Program-made: the position numbers and the translations under genes
Notes under the pieces: generated by a model
The model's database searches: none
What the model saw: the letters and a program-made list of their open reading frames with translations, nothing else
Told to the model about the DNA's origin: nothing
NCBI RefSeq assembly: GCF_009914755.1
Contig: NC_060927.1
DNA from: the human T2T-CHM13v2.0 reference genome, Homo sapiens
Reading direction: 5' to 3' (one strand)
Length of the DNA: 64,000 nt
Shown here: piece after piece, positions 1-16,470 of the stretch
How positions within the stretch are numbered: the stretch's first letter is position 1
Layout of the letters: each line of letters starts with the position of its first letter

Positions 1-705
1 TTACATTCATTCGTGTTCTCAAGAGACAAGAGGGTCTTGCCCAAAACTACAGAATATCACTATCACAAGTTGCCATTCCCACTAGAATTTACCTTGATCC
101 CCAGTGATGCTACATGCATTATTATGTTAGTTTCTTCTTGGAGGTGTTATTTTTAAACTGCAAGATTAAAGCTCCTACAAGCTTCTGACAACATGAAAAT
201 CAGACACGACTTTGCAGTCTTTTTAAAACAAACTAGTAAGAAGGTCCCAATTAAGAGAAAAAGAGTAGTCACACATACCTGTAGAACTGATTCTACTTTA
301 TACTTTCATCTTGCTCTAAAACACATTCCTTGAGTCTCAGTTTAGTAGAGATAAGATTCACCCAGTCGGGGGATATTAGTTCTTCCTGGATATTTTAATT
401 AAACTGTTACATTGAGTAGTTCTGAAAATCACATATAATCATTCAAGGTATGGTGGAGTTCTGTTCTCCAGCATATGGCTCTCCACCCAGCCACATTCCA
501 TCTCCTTAGGTAAACTAGCTGGAGGCCTTCAGTGTAAGCTCTTTAATTTTTAAACTCTTGGGTGGTGCTTTGTTCTTCGGGTAGAGAGTAGAGCAAGAGA
601 ACGAATTACCAAACAGTAATATTACCCCCATCGACAAGCGGGTGGTGTTTATATCACACATACTATATACCAAGAAATGCGCCACACCTTTTACATGAAT
701 ACTCA

Positions 706-1600
706 TTTTAAAACAGTAAAGACTTTATATTTAGAGAAGTTTTAGGTTTACAGCAAAACTGATAGTAAGGTACGGAGATAGCCCACATATCCCCTGCCCC
801 ACATATGTTGCCTCCCATATTAACTTCCCCCCACCAGACTGGTACATTTGTTACAATTTGTGAACCTACAAGGACATATCACCCAAAGTCCATAGTTTAC
901 AAGAGGATTCAGTCTTGGTGTTGTACATTCTATGGGTTTGGGTAAATGTATAATGGCATGTATCCACCATTACAGTATCATATAGAGTAGTTTCATTGTC
1001 CTAAAAGATCCTCTGTGATCCGCCTATTCATCCCTCCCTCCCTCCTAATCCTTGGCAACCACTGATCTTTTTATTATCTCCATAATTTTGCCTTTTCCAG
1101 AATTCCATATAGTCAGAATCATGGAGCATGCAGCCTCTTTAGGTAGGCTTCTTTCACTTAGTAATATACATTTAAGTTTCCGCCATGTCTCTTCATGGAT
1201 TGATAGCTAATTTGTTTTTGGCACTGAATCAGAAACCCTTGTTGGGATGTACCACAGTGTATTTATCCATTCACCCACTGAAGAATTTCTTGGTGGCTTC
1301 CATGTTTTGGCAATTAAGGATAAGACTGCTATGAACATTCATGTGTAGATTTTTGTGTGGCTATGTTTTCAACTCCTTTGAGTAAATATCAAGGAATACA
1401 ACTGCTGGATCATGTTGTAAGAGCATGTAGTTTTGTAAGAAATCGCCAAACTGTATTCCAAAGAGGCTGTAATATGTTGCATTCCCAACAGAAATGAATG
1501 AGAGTTCCTGTTGCTTCACATCCTCTCTAGCATTTGGCATTGTCAGTGTTCTGATTTGGGCTCTTCTAATAAGTGTGTGGTGGTATCTCACTGTTTGAAC
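706..1600 (-). mobile_element. Old LINE-1 3' fragment (L1MC1-like)
   Basis: Antisense L1MC 3'UTR text (ttttaggtttacagcaaaact...cccaaagtccatagtttac...ggtgttgtacattctatgggtttg). Minus ORF 1361-1696 is a decayed ORF2p C-terminus (TVRYHHTLIR, HDPAVVFLDIYSKELKT). Confidence 0.9.
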
Positions 1601-1627
1601 ACTCATTTTTGAAATATCCACATAGGC

Positions 1628-1755
1628 TATTATGATCTTCATTTTACAGTTCAAGAAGCTGAAACTCAAAGAATGTAGATATTTCAAACTGGCCATTATA
1701 AGCTAGAGCCAAGATTCAAACTCAAGTTTGGTGAATTTCATAGCCTATACTTTCT
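1628..1755 (-). mobile_element. MIR fragment
   Basis: Core cattttacag...gaagctgaaactca...agagccaagattcaaactcaag. Confidence 0.65.
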
Positions 1756-2959
1756 ATCATTGAGGTACATCTTGTTTTCTCAGTTGTATTATGTGATTTG
1801 CAAGTCCTATGAATAATATATTTAAATTATACCAACATGAAAACTAAGTGTAATCTTCAGTCAATAAAATATCCACTAAATACTTCAAAATATGAAACTG
1901 GAAGCTTATCTAAATGAACTAATTCTTTAATATCACCATGAAAGGATGATGTTTTAAATTAAGAAGTGAAGAATTTATAGTTTCCAGATTGAGAATAATT
2001 TCCACAAATTTTTATTTTCATCATATTCTATTGTGGGTGTGCATGTGTGTGTGTGACAGACACATATGCAGACACAGAGATATGGGGACACACACATAGA
2101 CACTTTCCATCTCATGCCATGTTGGAACTTCCCAGAGACAGTTAAAATTAGCTAGCTAATTTCCATAAACTATCAAAATAAAATTATACTTATTGAGAGT
2201 CTAGAGTTCCTGTCATGAAGACTTAGCAGTTAAAAAGCATGGAAGTCATGGAATCTCAGTGCTCCTTCGTTGCAATCCACACTCCTGCTACAATTAGAAT
2301 CCCACCAATAGATAAAGTCATCAGGAGCTAATTAGTCCACGTGTAAAAAATAAAAATAAGACAAAGAACAGACTTCTAAAAAAAACAAAAACAAACAAAA
2401 AACAACAACAAATCATTTGAACCATTGGGTACTTCGAGTACATGAAAATTGTGAAGTAAATTAATTAGCTTTGCATTGATTGGTATCAAAAGTCGTTAGC
2501 CCTGCACTGCAAGGAAATCCCCAGAAGCCTAAGGTGCATGAAAGAAAAAGGCTGGGAAGGAAATCAATCTCTGCTCTTCAACGCTGATGCTTTAAAGGGT
2601 CCCTGCTGTATAACTCGCCCGGAAGCATTCCAGGGGGAAGAACCCACAGATTTATATCTGCCACACGTGTCACTGAACACAAATACGTCTGATAAATAAT
2701 TGAAGCTCGGTATTGTGCTTACGTCGCATGTGCAAAAAAACAGGGACAGGAAGGCAAAGAGGTCAAGTTTCCCATCTGACTTTCCAATGAGCATCCCAAT
2801 CATCACTTAGGTCATTATTCTACCTCGTGAAGTGTCAGAACTCATTGTCTTAGGGAATCCAGGTGCTGGCATCACATATTTAGCAAATCTCATTTCCCTC
2901 TCTCTCACACCGCAGAGCACTCTCTAGTCCAAGCACAGTGCAGGGCAGAATCCAGAGCT

Positions 2960-3105
2960 TATTTTATTTAATCCTCACAATTTTGTGATTTTTACAGATG
3001 AAAAAACTGAGGTCTGGGGAATAGAATTGTTTTTCACAGGCACAAAGCTGGTAATTGGTAGATCTGGGATTTGAACCGAGGTCCAGGAAACTCTAGAGCC
3101 CATAT
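2960..3105 (-). mobile_element. MIR fragment
   Basis: tttaatcctcacaa...tttacagatgaaaaaactgagg...gggatttgaacc. Confidence 0.8.
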
Positions 3106-3569
3106 TATTGCCATACTAGGCTCCCTCTCTAAATAACTTTCTCATTAAGTGAGCAGAGAGGAGCCAGACTGCCCTGAGGCCTTTGGTATTAATAGGAGGC
3201 TAAGAAGCTCATGCAGCTAAGTCTCTTTATCCAACGGCACATCCCTGGAAGGAGAAAATGGGCTCTGTTGGAATCCTTCCACTGACAGGAAGCTCTCTAC
3301 CTCACATAACTACAGACCTGATTACTAAAAAGACTTTGGTTTGCCTTTCCAAAACTCATATCCAGTGATCACAATTGTGGCCTCTGAAGCAGTTTGATTC
3401 AATACTAATTGCACTCAGTACTTGGATCTATCATAACTGTAACATTAAACAATGTTTTCCCCTCGCAGGGTTCTTTTGAGGATACAGTGAGTATTAAAAT
3501 GGGCTGGTACATAGTAAGAATTTGCCCAATGTTAATTATAAAAATTTTCCTGATATTACTTGGTAAGTT

Positions 3570-3865
3570 ATTCTGTTAAATGGAATAAACACCCATGAAT
3601 GCCACATATAAACCAACAGCTTTGACCCTCATAATGACCCCCATCTATCCATGTTGTCCTCCCCCATTTATCTTCTTGTCTCCAAGGTCATTATGTTCCT
3701 GAGTGCCAGGTTCATCTTTCTTCTTACAGGGTTTTATTGCATGTATAATTGGTCCTAACATGCTTTATAATCTAAGCTGTTTTAAATTTTATAAAAAGGA
3801 TTCCATCCTTATTTAATCTTATGCTATCCTCACAAACTTATTTTCCCCCACTTGATATTTTACTA
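3570..3865 (-). mobile_element. Very old L1 (L1ME-like) 3' fragment
   Basis: Degenerate resemblance to an antisense L1ME 3'UTR; boundaries uncertain. Confidence 0.4.
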
Positions 3866-3889
3866 TGAAGAAATTAAAAGTTACCTACA

Positions 3890-4895
<1,006 letters not shown>

Positions 4896-5004
4896 ACCAT
4901 TCTTCTTAGTAGTATACTCAATTGTAAGGCATAACAAATTTTATTTCCAATATACAAGTAGCAGTGTAACATTACAGAAAGATTTCATTAGCTTTGGAAT
5001 GTAC

Positions 5005-5180
5005 CATTTTTCTAGCTGTATAATGTAGCAATGTTATCTAATTTCTCTAAGACTCAGTTTCCTTCTTTGCAAAATGGCTTTTTATAATATCTATCTAATT
5101 CTGTGGGAATTAAGGAAGTAAACAATATAAAGCCCTTAGCTCAGAGTCTGGAAGTAACAGTAAGCAATAATAAGTTACAG
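5005..5180 (+). mobile_element. MIR
   Basis: ctcagtttccttctttgcaaaatgg core and MIR-like 3' end. Confidence 0.7.
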
Positions 5181-5184
5181 CTTC

Positions 5185-5385
5185 TATTTATCAAGTACTT
5201 AGCTCCCCGGCTGAGTATTTTTTTTTTTTTAACTCTCCTTTAATCCCCACAACCACCCTGAACGGTGGAGATTATGCTCAATTAGTGAATAAAGAAACTG
5301 AGTCAAGTGGAATTTCAACAACTCACCCAAAGTCACATAAGTTGCAAAAAGTCACGCTAATGTAACAATCGCAGTCTCTGAATAC
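5185..5385 (-). mobile_element. MIR (tail-to-tail with the previous MIR)
   Basis: taatccccacaaccaccctga...aagaaactgag...cccaaagtcaca. Confidence 0.7.
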
Positions 5386-6017
5386 TGATGCCTGGGGTCC
5401 TTTCAAATGTGGAGCTGATATTACCAGCTGCTATCGGGGACACAGCACTTCCTCTGAGGGGCACTGGAGTTCCTTCCACAAGGCATGGAATGTGTTCACC
5501 TTTTCAGGGGAAGCAGTTTTCAAGTTGGGGTTTGATTTGTGACATGTGAGATTAAATTGCAGCATTTCTAATGGAAAGGCTTCAGAGGGCAGGAATGAGC
5601 GATACACTGTCATTTCTCCATCTCTGCGTGAGGAACCTTAAGCACTAATGAGATCAGATATGTCACCGCAACTCTCTCCACTCTGCCACAGATTCCAGGT
5701 CAGAATATTTTTTTTTTTAAACATTCTGGCCACTTCACTGCCTACCTGCAACTCTCTACCACGTTCCTGACATAGAAGATTTATGATAATTTACCTTAGG
5801 CAGGGCTTGGAGTTTTATTCCACCAGGTTATCAAAAATGTTGCCAATAATCTCTTTCATATTTTCATAGGACAAGATTATTTATACAAATAATATTCCAC
5901 CCTATTCTTTCCCTAGAGAAACTTACATATCGATTAGACAGGGAGGCCTAACAAAGATTCAAGAGTCAGTTTGTCCTATGAGCGTGGAAAACACCACTCC
6001 TGTTAAAGATTACAGAG

Positions 6018-6025
6018 TGACGTCA
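6018..6025. promoter_or_regulatory. Full palindromic CRE (TGACGTCA) inside a 12-bp palindrome AGTGACGTCACT (6016-6027)
   Basis: Exact motif with intact CpG; function not shown. Confidence 0.3.
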
Positions 6026-6594
6026 CTTATGACTATGCTGTGCAAAGTGCTGGGTTTTTTTTTTTTTTTTTTTTTTTTTGTATCCTAAGGGGCTTTATGC
6101 TTGTCTTTGTACTATTGGTGCCTTGGGAAGGAAAACAAGAATGCATTTCTCAACATTTATGTCTGCAGCGATACTGGGAACTGTGAATGCTAACATATTT
6201 TTAAAGAGCTCTGATAGAGAGAAACCAGGTGGTGAAAGAAGGTAGTGAACAAGCCTGGATACAGAAAGGTTTAGAGTAGAACTTACGGGCGCCACCTGCT
6301 GGTCCCCTGACACCACTGCCCAGAGCTTCCAGTTCCCCTAATTGGAGTCTCAGCTTTATGGCCAGTTGGCTCAGCTGAATATTATTAAATGATTTCTGTC
6401 TTCAACTATGCTTAGACACAGCCTTGGAGACAAGTAAGTAATGCAGAGAGAGTAAAAGGGAGTGAGTAGATGTCAAAGAATGGTTTGCCCATTCAACATA
6501 TGTGTGACTGCTGTGAAAGGTGTATGGGAGTTTCCCACATCATCTATCAGCAAAAAGACATAAATGGTGATCTTCCTTCCTTTTCCCACCTTCT

Positions 6595-6878
<284 letters not shown>

Positions 6879-7094
6879 CTTTTCCCTTTCTTTCTTGGAG
6901 AGAAATGATAGCATCTGAGGAGGCAGGAGCGAGGGGTGTCTTGTGGAGGTGGGTAGTGATGGCAGCCTGCTCTGTAACTGAACATGCAGGGCAACGTGGG
7001 GAGAGGGGTGCTGCATGGATGGGGGCAGTGGTGTTTCTAGTGTGTGAGGAAGCAGAGCAGAGGATGAGATGTACGCAGGTGGTGGGCAGTGAAG

Positions 7095-8491
<1,397 letters not shown>

Positions 8492-9009
8492 TACTAAAAG
8501 TGCTGAGCTCTGAGAAGAAGAAAATAGCATAAGTTTAATGGGAAAATTATGTTATACATGATTAGAATCCTTCTTTGTTTTCTGAGAAGACCCTTTGTTG
8601 GGAAGAATTGATGATCAGGAATGCAAATGAGAATGGCCAAAGGACAGCTAGCTGACTTACAAAAAGAAAAAGAAGATTCGGTATAAAGAAGGAGAGAAGG
8701 GTGACCAGGTATGCAAGGAGAAAAACTGATTGCTAGATATTGAGAGAGAGTACTTGCAAACAAGCAAACAGTTGCCATAGGGAATGGAACTTGTAGGGAA
8801 AAGAAGGATGTTGGAGAAAAGTTGAATAAATTTTGAAGTGTTAGGTGTAATATAATTCTTCTGTTATTCCAAATCACCACCCATAACATCCACACCCTTC
8901 ATCAACACCCTTAAGACAGAGGTATTTATTTGTTTACCTTGTTTGTTTGATTTAATGAAAAGTATGAGACTGACTGGAGAACAGGTGCTTGGTGAGCACA
9001 GGGCAGTCA

Positions 9010-9500
9010 GTGTGTATCAGTATGTTTGTGTTTATTATGAAAAGTGAGATAAAACATCTACATAAATAGTTCTAATACAGGGTAGAACAGAATAAAAAGG
9101 AGCCACCAGAGAGTGTCAGATAAGGTGTGAGGAAACTTCAGAAAATAGAAGGAAAAAGAATATTTACATTCCCCAAGCTCCTTCTCTGAACCAGAAGGTG
9201 GGAATTATACATTGAAATAGCACGGTATGAAAATCCAGTAACGATCCATGATCCCCCAGCTAGTAAATGGCAGAGCCCAGGTCCATAGAACCCGAAAGAT
9301 CTCTTTTTTTCCTACTATAGTGGGCTGCCTTGTGCCTGGGTCTGAAGAGAAGAGGAAGAAAGAGGGGAGTCTGATGGACAAAGCTCTGTGGAGGACGTGG
9401 CACTGAGCAGAAACTTGAAACAGAGCTTGACTGGCTGGCAGGATGAGAAGAATGGACTCTTGGCTGAAGGGGAAGCAAGCACAAGCACATAGAGATGAGG
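9010..9500 (-). mobile_element. L2 fragments mixed with a MIR fragment
   Basis: Purine-rich antisense L2-like text; gctagtaaatggcagagcccagg is MIR-like. Confidence 0.45.
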
Positions 9501-10429
9501 AAGCATGGGTGGTGGTATATAGGGTAAGTGCAATCTATTTCAAAGACAGCTAAAACACAAGATGACCCATTCCATGGCAAACATGGACACCAACACCATG
9601 TACAAAGATGATGAGGGTGAGGAAGATTGAGACGTCAGTTATACTGATTGGGAGGCTGTGGAATAGGCAGCACTGGCAATACTTCTGTGCCCTAATGTCA
9701 TTCTCTGAAGCTCAAGGCCAAACCCATTGGGGCCAAACTCACACAGAAACATTTATTTTCAGACATCATTTAAGGAAGGCAACACCTGAAAGATGGAAGG
9801 GCTCAGTGCAAACTTCCAGGGTGCTATTTTTGAAAATGCAGAAACTCCCAGTTTGGAAATATTTTCTTAAAAATTTCCCCATCATTATTAGCACTTCTGC
9901 CAAATAATCACTAACTAAAAATATTCCCTCCTTGATAATGCACAGATAAGGTCTCTGCACTGAGGAGGAACAATAAAGGAAGGTGATGAATTGCAAATCA
10001 ATCATAATTTATGCAGATACTCTACTGAAAATCACATTCATCACCTTTTCCAAATAGCGCCACATGAATTTCCTGAAGTACAAGAAGTCTATTTTCATAA
10101 ATTAGACCTTAATTTCTTTCTCTCATCAATATATTTTTATGCCAAAAAGTTAAATAGTAAACAATACAGCTGAGGAAGAAATTATGAACTAGAAGAACAT
10201 GAAACATGGTATTCAGAAGGAAAAAAAAATAGTCAAATATATTTTCTATGGCCTTTGCTTTGTGTTAAAGTGTGTGTTTTTTCCCCAAAGGATTATGTGA
10301 TGTAATTGGTACTAGTTGGATGATGAATATAAACAAAAAATGCCAAATTATCACAAGATGCCTTTGGGAAAAAAAAAAACCTGTAACTGATGCTACAGTG
10401 TACCCTGCCAGTATTTTTGAAAGCAAAAC

Positions 10430-10784
10430 TGTACTAGTTCATTTTTACACTGCTATGAAGAAATACCCATAGCTGGGTAATTTATAAAGAAAAAGAGGTT
10501 TAATGGACTCACAGCCCCACATGGTGGGGGAGACCTCACAATCATGGTGAAAGGCAAAGGAGAAGCAAAGGCACATCTTACATGGTGGCAGGCAAGAGGC
10601 CATGCACAGGGGAGCTGCCCTTTATAAAACCATCAGATCTTGTGAGACTTACTCACTATCACAAGAACAGCACGGGAAAAACCCGCTCCCATGATTCCCA
10701 CCAGGTCCCTCCCACGACACATGGGGATTATGGGAGCTACAATTTGAGATGAGATTTGGGTGGGAACACAGCCAAACCATATCA
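10430..10784 (-). mobile_element. THE1 (THE1C-like) solo LTR
   Basis: Termini tgtactagt...acagccaaaccatatca; ccctttataaaaccatcagatct. Confidence 0.95.
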
Positions 10785-10971
10785 ACAATCATAACAGCAA
10801 TCAGCCAGCTAAGACCAATGACCATCCAGCAAGACTCACTTGCTATTTCTCTGTGTTATCTATGTCAAATGGCACCTTTTTTCTTAGCATCCCGTTTGTA
10901 GAAGAGCAGACACAGAGAATGTTTCACAGGTCCCCATTCTGGGGATTATTGGCTGGGTATTTAAATATACT

Positions 10972-11472
10972 TTTCTTAGGCTGGGTTCCTCTAAAGCAAA
11001 CCCTGAAGACAAGACTTTGAAGGCAAGTAGTTGATTTAGAAGGTAATTGCAGAAATCACCACTAGTGGAGTGAGGAAGTAAGATCGGGAGAGAAGAAAAT
11101 GTGTGTTATTAAACATGTGATTGCTGTGGGCAAGAGGGACTCCGTTTCACTGGGAAACACTATAGATACGTTTCCCAGTTATTCCTCCACAAGAGCAAAG
11201 GAGCCTGGGTACTTACTCACCAACTTCCATGAGTCATTGCTGATAACTGCTACCAAGGGGTGACGGGGTAGGATGTGGGCTGGGAGATTAAATTCCTAGC
11301 ACTTTCAGGCTAGTTTGCACTGCACAAACACGAAGTAGACACCAGTGACTAGAAAAAGACAACAGCCAGAATGTAATAGTATTTAAAGATGGAAGCCAGG
11401 GGACAATGTGTAGAGGAATAGTCCTATCCGAGGAATAGTCCTATCCAAGGAATACGGGCAGTACACTGCAAC
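10972..11472 (-). mobile_element. LTR33-like ERVL LTR
   Basis: cttaggctgggttcctctaaagcaaaccctgaagacaag...caagtagttgattt...ggagcctgggtacttactcaccaact. Confidence 0.75.
11413..11454. repeat. 17-bp tandem repeat, about 2.5 copies (gaggaatagtcctatcc)
   Basis: Two identical units at 11413-11429 and 11430-11446, plus partial aaggaata. Confidence 0.95.
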
Positions 11473-11829
11473 AGGGCCCTTTTAAGGTGAGATATTTAGA
11501 AACCTGGGTCAATGCTTGTCTCCATGCCAATGCAGTTACCCACTCCCTCTCAGCCCCAGCCACTCTACGATAAAGTCTTAATGAACATCAGAGGGACGTT
11601 TCAGGGCCTGCTTTGTGACGCACATCACCCCTTAGACTACTCCAGTGCTCACTGATGTCCCAAATAACAAGTCCTCTAAATTATTGGTGGTTTGGTCTAA
11701 TTATCTGCTGAAAGCACTCAAAACCATTGGGTATCCCTGAAGGAGAAAGTCACAATGCTGCATAAGAAGAAACAACGCCTGCAACGGATAACTTATTTGC
11801 TGTCATATGATCCTATAGCATCCTACAGA

Positions 11830-12016
11830 TCTCCTTCCATTAGCATCCATCACATCTGTAATTATTTCCTTTTCATTATCTGTCTTCCCTGAGTGACCAT
11901 AAACCCAATGAAGCCAGAGACCATGCATGATTATTCATTCACAGCTCTACTCCCTGTGTCTAGCTCATAGTAGGGAGTCACTCAATACTTCTGAATATGA
12001 AAACAAGTGAATGAAT
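11830..12016 (+). mobile_element. L2 3' end
   Basis: tgtctagctcatagtaggg...ctcaatac...gtgaatgaat terminus. Confidence 0.65.
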
Positions 12017-12210
12017 TAAGATTATTACCGTCATCCAGCAGGCAAAATGGATTACATAGCTAAGGGTCTGTTCTTCTGAAGTACCTTCTTATAAAGGATA
12101 AAAAAAGGTGCTCCTTCTTCCAGGCAGATGAAGCTCTGAGCCAGAGCTCATTGCTTAACCAAAGCATTGCAGCTCGAATTCAGCTCCTGCTCACCCATTG
12201 GCAAGGTGCC

Positions 12211-12957
12211 TGCGGTAGTTTTAAGAGCCATCAACAAATATTTCTAGCTTGTCTTCTTCCTGCTGAATGAAAAGTTTGCCCTTCCCTGCTCCCTTGAAAT
12301 TAGATGTGGCCATGTGGCTTGCCATGGCCAATGAAGGAAAACAGAAATGATCCCATTCTAGGTGGAAGCCTTTATGAGTTCGTGCACAATTTACCATATT
12401 TGTTTCTTTCTGCCATGACAACCAGCAAGATTGCAGATGGCAGACAGTGATCGGCCTATATTCTTAAAAGGAAGAGACATATACACAGTACCTAGCTAAC
12501 CCACAAAAGGCATATGATATGTTTTGGCTGTGTCCCCACCCAAATCTCAACTTGAATTGTATCTACCAGAATTCCCACATGCTGTGGGAGAGACCCAGTG
12601 GGAGGTAATTGAATCATGGGGGCTGGTCTGGCCCACGCTATTCTTTCGATAGTGAAGAAGTCTCACAAAATCTCATGGGTTTATCAGGGGCTTCTGCTTT
12701 TGGTTCTTCCTGATTTTCTCTTGCTGCCACCATGTAAGAAGTGCCTTTTGCCTTCCACCATGATTCTGAGGACTCCCCAGCCATGTGGAACTGTAAGTCC
12801 AATTAAACCTCTTTTTCTTCCCAGTCTTGGGTATGTTTTTATCAGCAGCATGAAAACAGATTAATATAGCATGTTAGAAATATACTTGTATTGTTTAAAT
12901 ATTGGCGCTCTTCATTCCTGCAGCATATCTAGCCCACTCTGGCTGATCTAGTATACA
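12211..12957 (+). mobile_element. MLT1I-like LTR split by THE1A
   Basis: tgcggtag...cccttgaaattagatgtggccatgtggcttgccatggccaatgaa; 3' part gcagcatatctagccc...taca. Confidence 0.8.
12515..12868 (+). mobile_element. THE1A solo LTR
   Basis: tgatatg.tttggctgtgtccccacccaaatctcaac...gggtttatcagggg...gtaagtccaattaaacc. TSD gcata/gcatg. Confidence 0.95.
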
Positions 12958-14377
12958 ACCCGCAGCCCTATATCCTGTGGCCCTGGGCAGGTTAACACGA
13001 CTTGCAGTTTCTTTGTTCTCATGAACTGGTGTTCATGTCATACCCTCATGCATGCATTACCCTCTCTCTGCACACAACGTGGGCCTCTAAGAAGCAATGC
13101 TTTTCTGTGGAAGAAGGAAGAGGGGGCATTCAGACTTAACCCTTTCTGCCTAAAAGGCCCTTCTGAAATTATATGAAAGAGAGAGAGAGAAAAAAAAAAA
13201 AACATTTTGCATGCTGTTCATTTAGAAGGGAGGCCTAATTCTTTCACCTTCCTATAATCTCCAGAGCAGTTCCTATACCATCAAGGCTGCCTCTCCTGAG
13301 GGGGCCAGAGCTTCAGGCTCATAATTAGTTGTATTACTACTACTGTCACTGCTAATTAATGATCCACATTCAGCCTAAATTGAAACTGTCCATTTCTGAC
13401 TCCTCCACTCTATGTCAAACAGACGGTTCCTTATTTTCAAATTATGTACTTCATCTTAATTGTATAATTTCAATTTCATTTAAAAAAAGAAAAAAATTAA
13501 ACCAAGGAAGAAATGACATTTTCTAAACTGGTGAGTTGGGTTATCAAACTTAAAAGCACAAAAAATTAATACTGTGGGATTAGCATTATTATAGAAATAC
13601 ATTAAATCTTATATTTAAATACCAGTCTTTTAAACCTTGGCTGTCACAGTGAAAATGTTAATAGTATTTAAACATAAATCCTTCTCCCCATGAAGAATCA
13701 TTCATCGTGCAAGCACGTTAGCTATTCTATTCACTTTAGAGATGCTGCCTAGCAGAGCATTTTAACGTAAGCCTTGTCAGTGTTAATCCTAATGTCTGAT
13801 GCTGAGATGTGTGTTATATTACTTTATGTAGCTGAAAAATGGGAAGCCTTCATGTCAGATTACAGGCTGAAATAACGACCTCCCCTTGGAGCCAGCGCCT
13901 GGGATATAACGAGGTGCCAAATGGGATTCTAGGTCAGAGCCTCTGCAGGACATAAAAGGGAACAGATCTTTTGTTAAGACCCATTCACTCACTAACAGAA
14001 TGCTTTTACCCTTTGCAATCTACTTATGGCTCCTCTGCAAAGGAGAGTAACCAAGAGAGAAAGTCTTGATTCACAGTGGGGCTTACCAGCCAAGCTTTGG
14101 ATTCAGGCAGGCGATGGTGGAAATGTACCCAGCCACTCCTTCACCTCCACAACCAACAGTCTAGGGCTACGGTGTTCAAATTGCATTCATCAAATTCAGA
14201 GTGGGGAGTGAGAGCCTGAGGTTCGGCAGAGGCAGGAACGGGGAGAGAGAGCATCAAAGTGGATCCAGTGCCTTCTCCATCCTCACTGCATCCAGAGCAG
14301 TTCCCTCTACATCTGTTTTATATACCACAGTTTTATGAAAGATGGCACATGAAATATGGTTCTCCTGTTAAAGTAAC

Positions 14378-15020
14378 TCATTAATTCAACAAATATTTAC
14401 CAGCCACAGACAATAAACCCCTGAATAAATGAGCACATTTCAGAGAGTGATAGACGATACAGAGACCAGCAAGCATGATGATGAGATAGAGAGTACCTGG
14501 AGTAAGGGCCACTTGCAGAGAGGACAGGGAAAGCCTGGCTGGGGTTTGGGGGGGAATCTGAGCTGAGTCATGAATAAGCAGAAACAGCAAGCCATGTGAG
14601 ATCCAGGAAGAACCATTCCACGCAGAGGAAGTGGCCAGTACAGACAGCCTAAGGCAGAAACAAGCTCAACATGTCCAAGAATAGAAAAAGGGCAATGTAA
14701 CTGCTATTGGGTGAATAAAGAGAGGCATGGAAAAGATGAGGAAGGCAGATCATTCGGGGCATTCCAGACTCAAACAAGGAGTTTGGGTGTCATTGTGCAG
14801 TGGTTGGAAGCCAATGGAAGGTTGACAACGGGGGCATGACAAAATCTGTTTTGCGGAGTTCTTCCACACAGAGAGTAGATTCCAGGCACAAGAACATAGG
14901 CTGGAGGATCAACAAGAAGACTGTTACCTTCCAGGACCTGGAAGAGAGTTGCAGTGAAGATGGTGCAAATTATCTGGATCTGGGATATGTCTAAAAGTAA
15001 ATCTGATGGGACTAAAGGAT
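14378..15020 (-). mobile_element. L2 (L2a-like) 3' fragment
   Basis: tcattaattcaacaaatatttac terminus; cattccacgcagaggaa...ggaagccaatggaaggtt. Confidence 0.75.
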
Positions 15021-15451
15021 TACTTGAAATCACTAACCAGAATTTGAGAAGGGGAGGGTGGAACACGTGGTATGTGGGGAGGGAGGAGATAGTGCTTAGA
15101 AAGAATAGAATAATTGCCACTTCTGTAGATAGCTTCTGGCCAACTGACTTAGCAAAGAGCAGCACAATATCCTTGGGCTGAGACCAGCGGGTTTGCCACT
15201 GTCTCTCACCGGCAATCGCATTCTTGCTTCCAAATCCGGCTGATAATTTAGGAAGGTTTTATGTCACCGCTGCTCGGCTTCTTTTTGTGCTTTGATTACC
15301 TATTCTCATACAACACTTAAAGGTGGTCACAGAATAATCTCTAATGTTTTGCTTTCTATGATAAATAAGGGGTTCGTGAAGTTCATTAACAGGGATTGCA
15401 TCACCCTCCACCCTCTTTTACAACCACACCATAAAAGTAGCCTCTAATTAG

Positions 15452-16470
<1,019 letters not shown>

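Noticed and set aside
274-322. Minus-strand 37-nt exon candidate (ttttag|AGCAAG...CTACAG|gtatgt)
   Set aside because: Stops occur in all three frames and the pyrimidine tract is weak; it cannot be supported without RNA data.
5005-5385. Hairpin RNA from tail-to-tail MIRs (also inverted L2 ends near 22640)
   Set aside because: The copies are too diverged for me to see a continuous stem.
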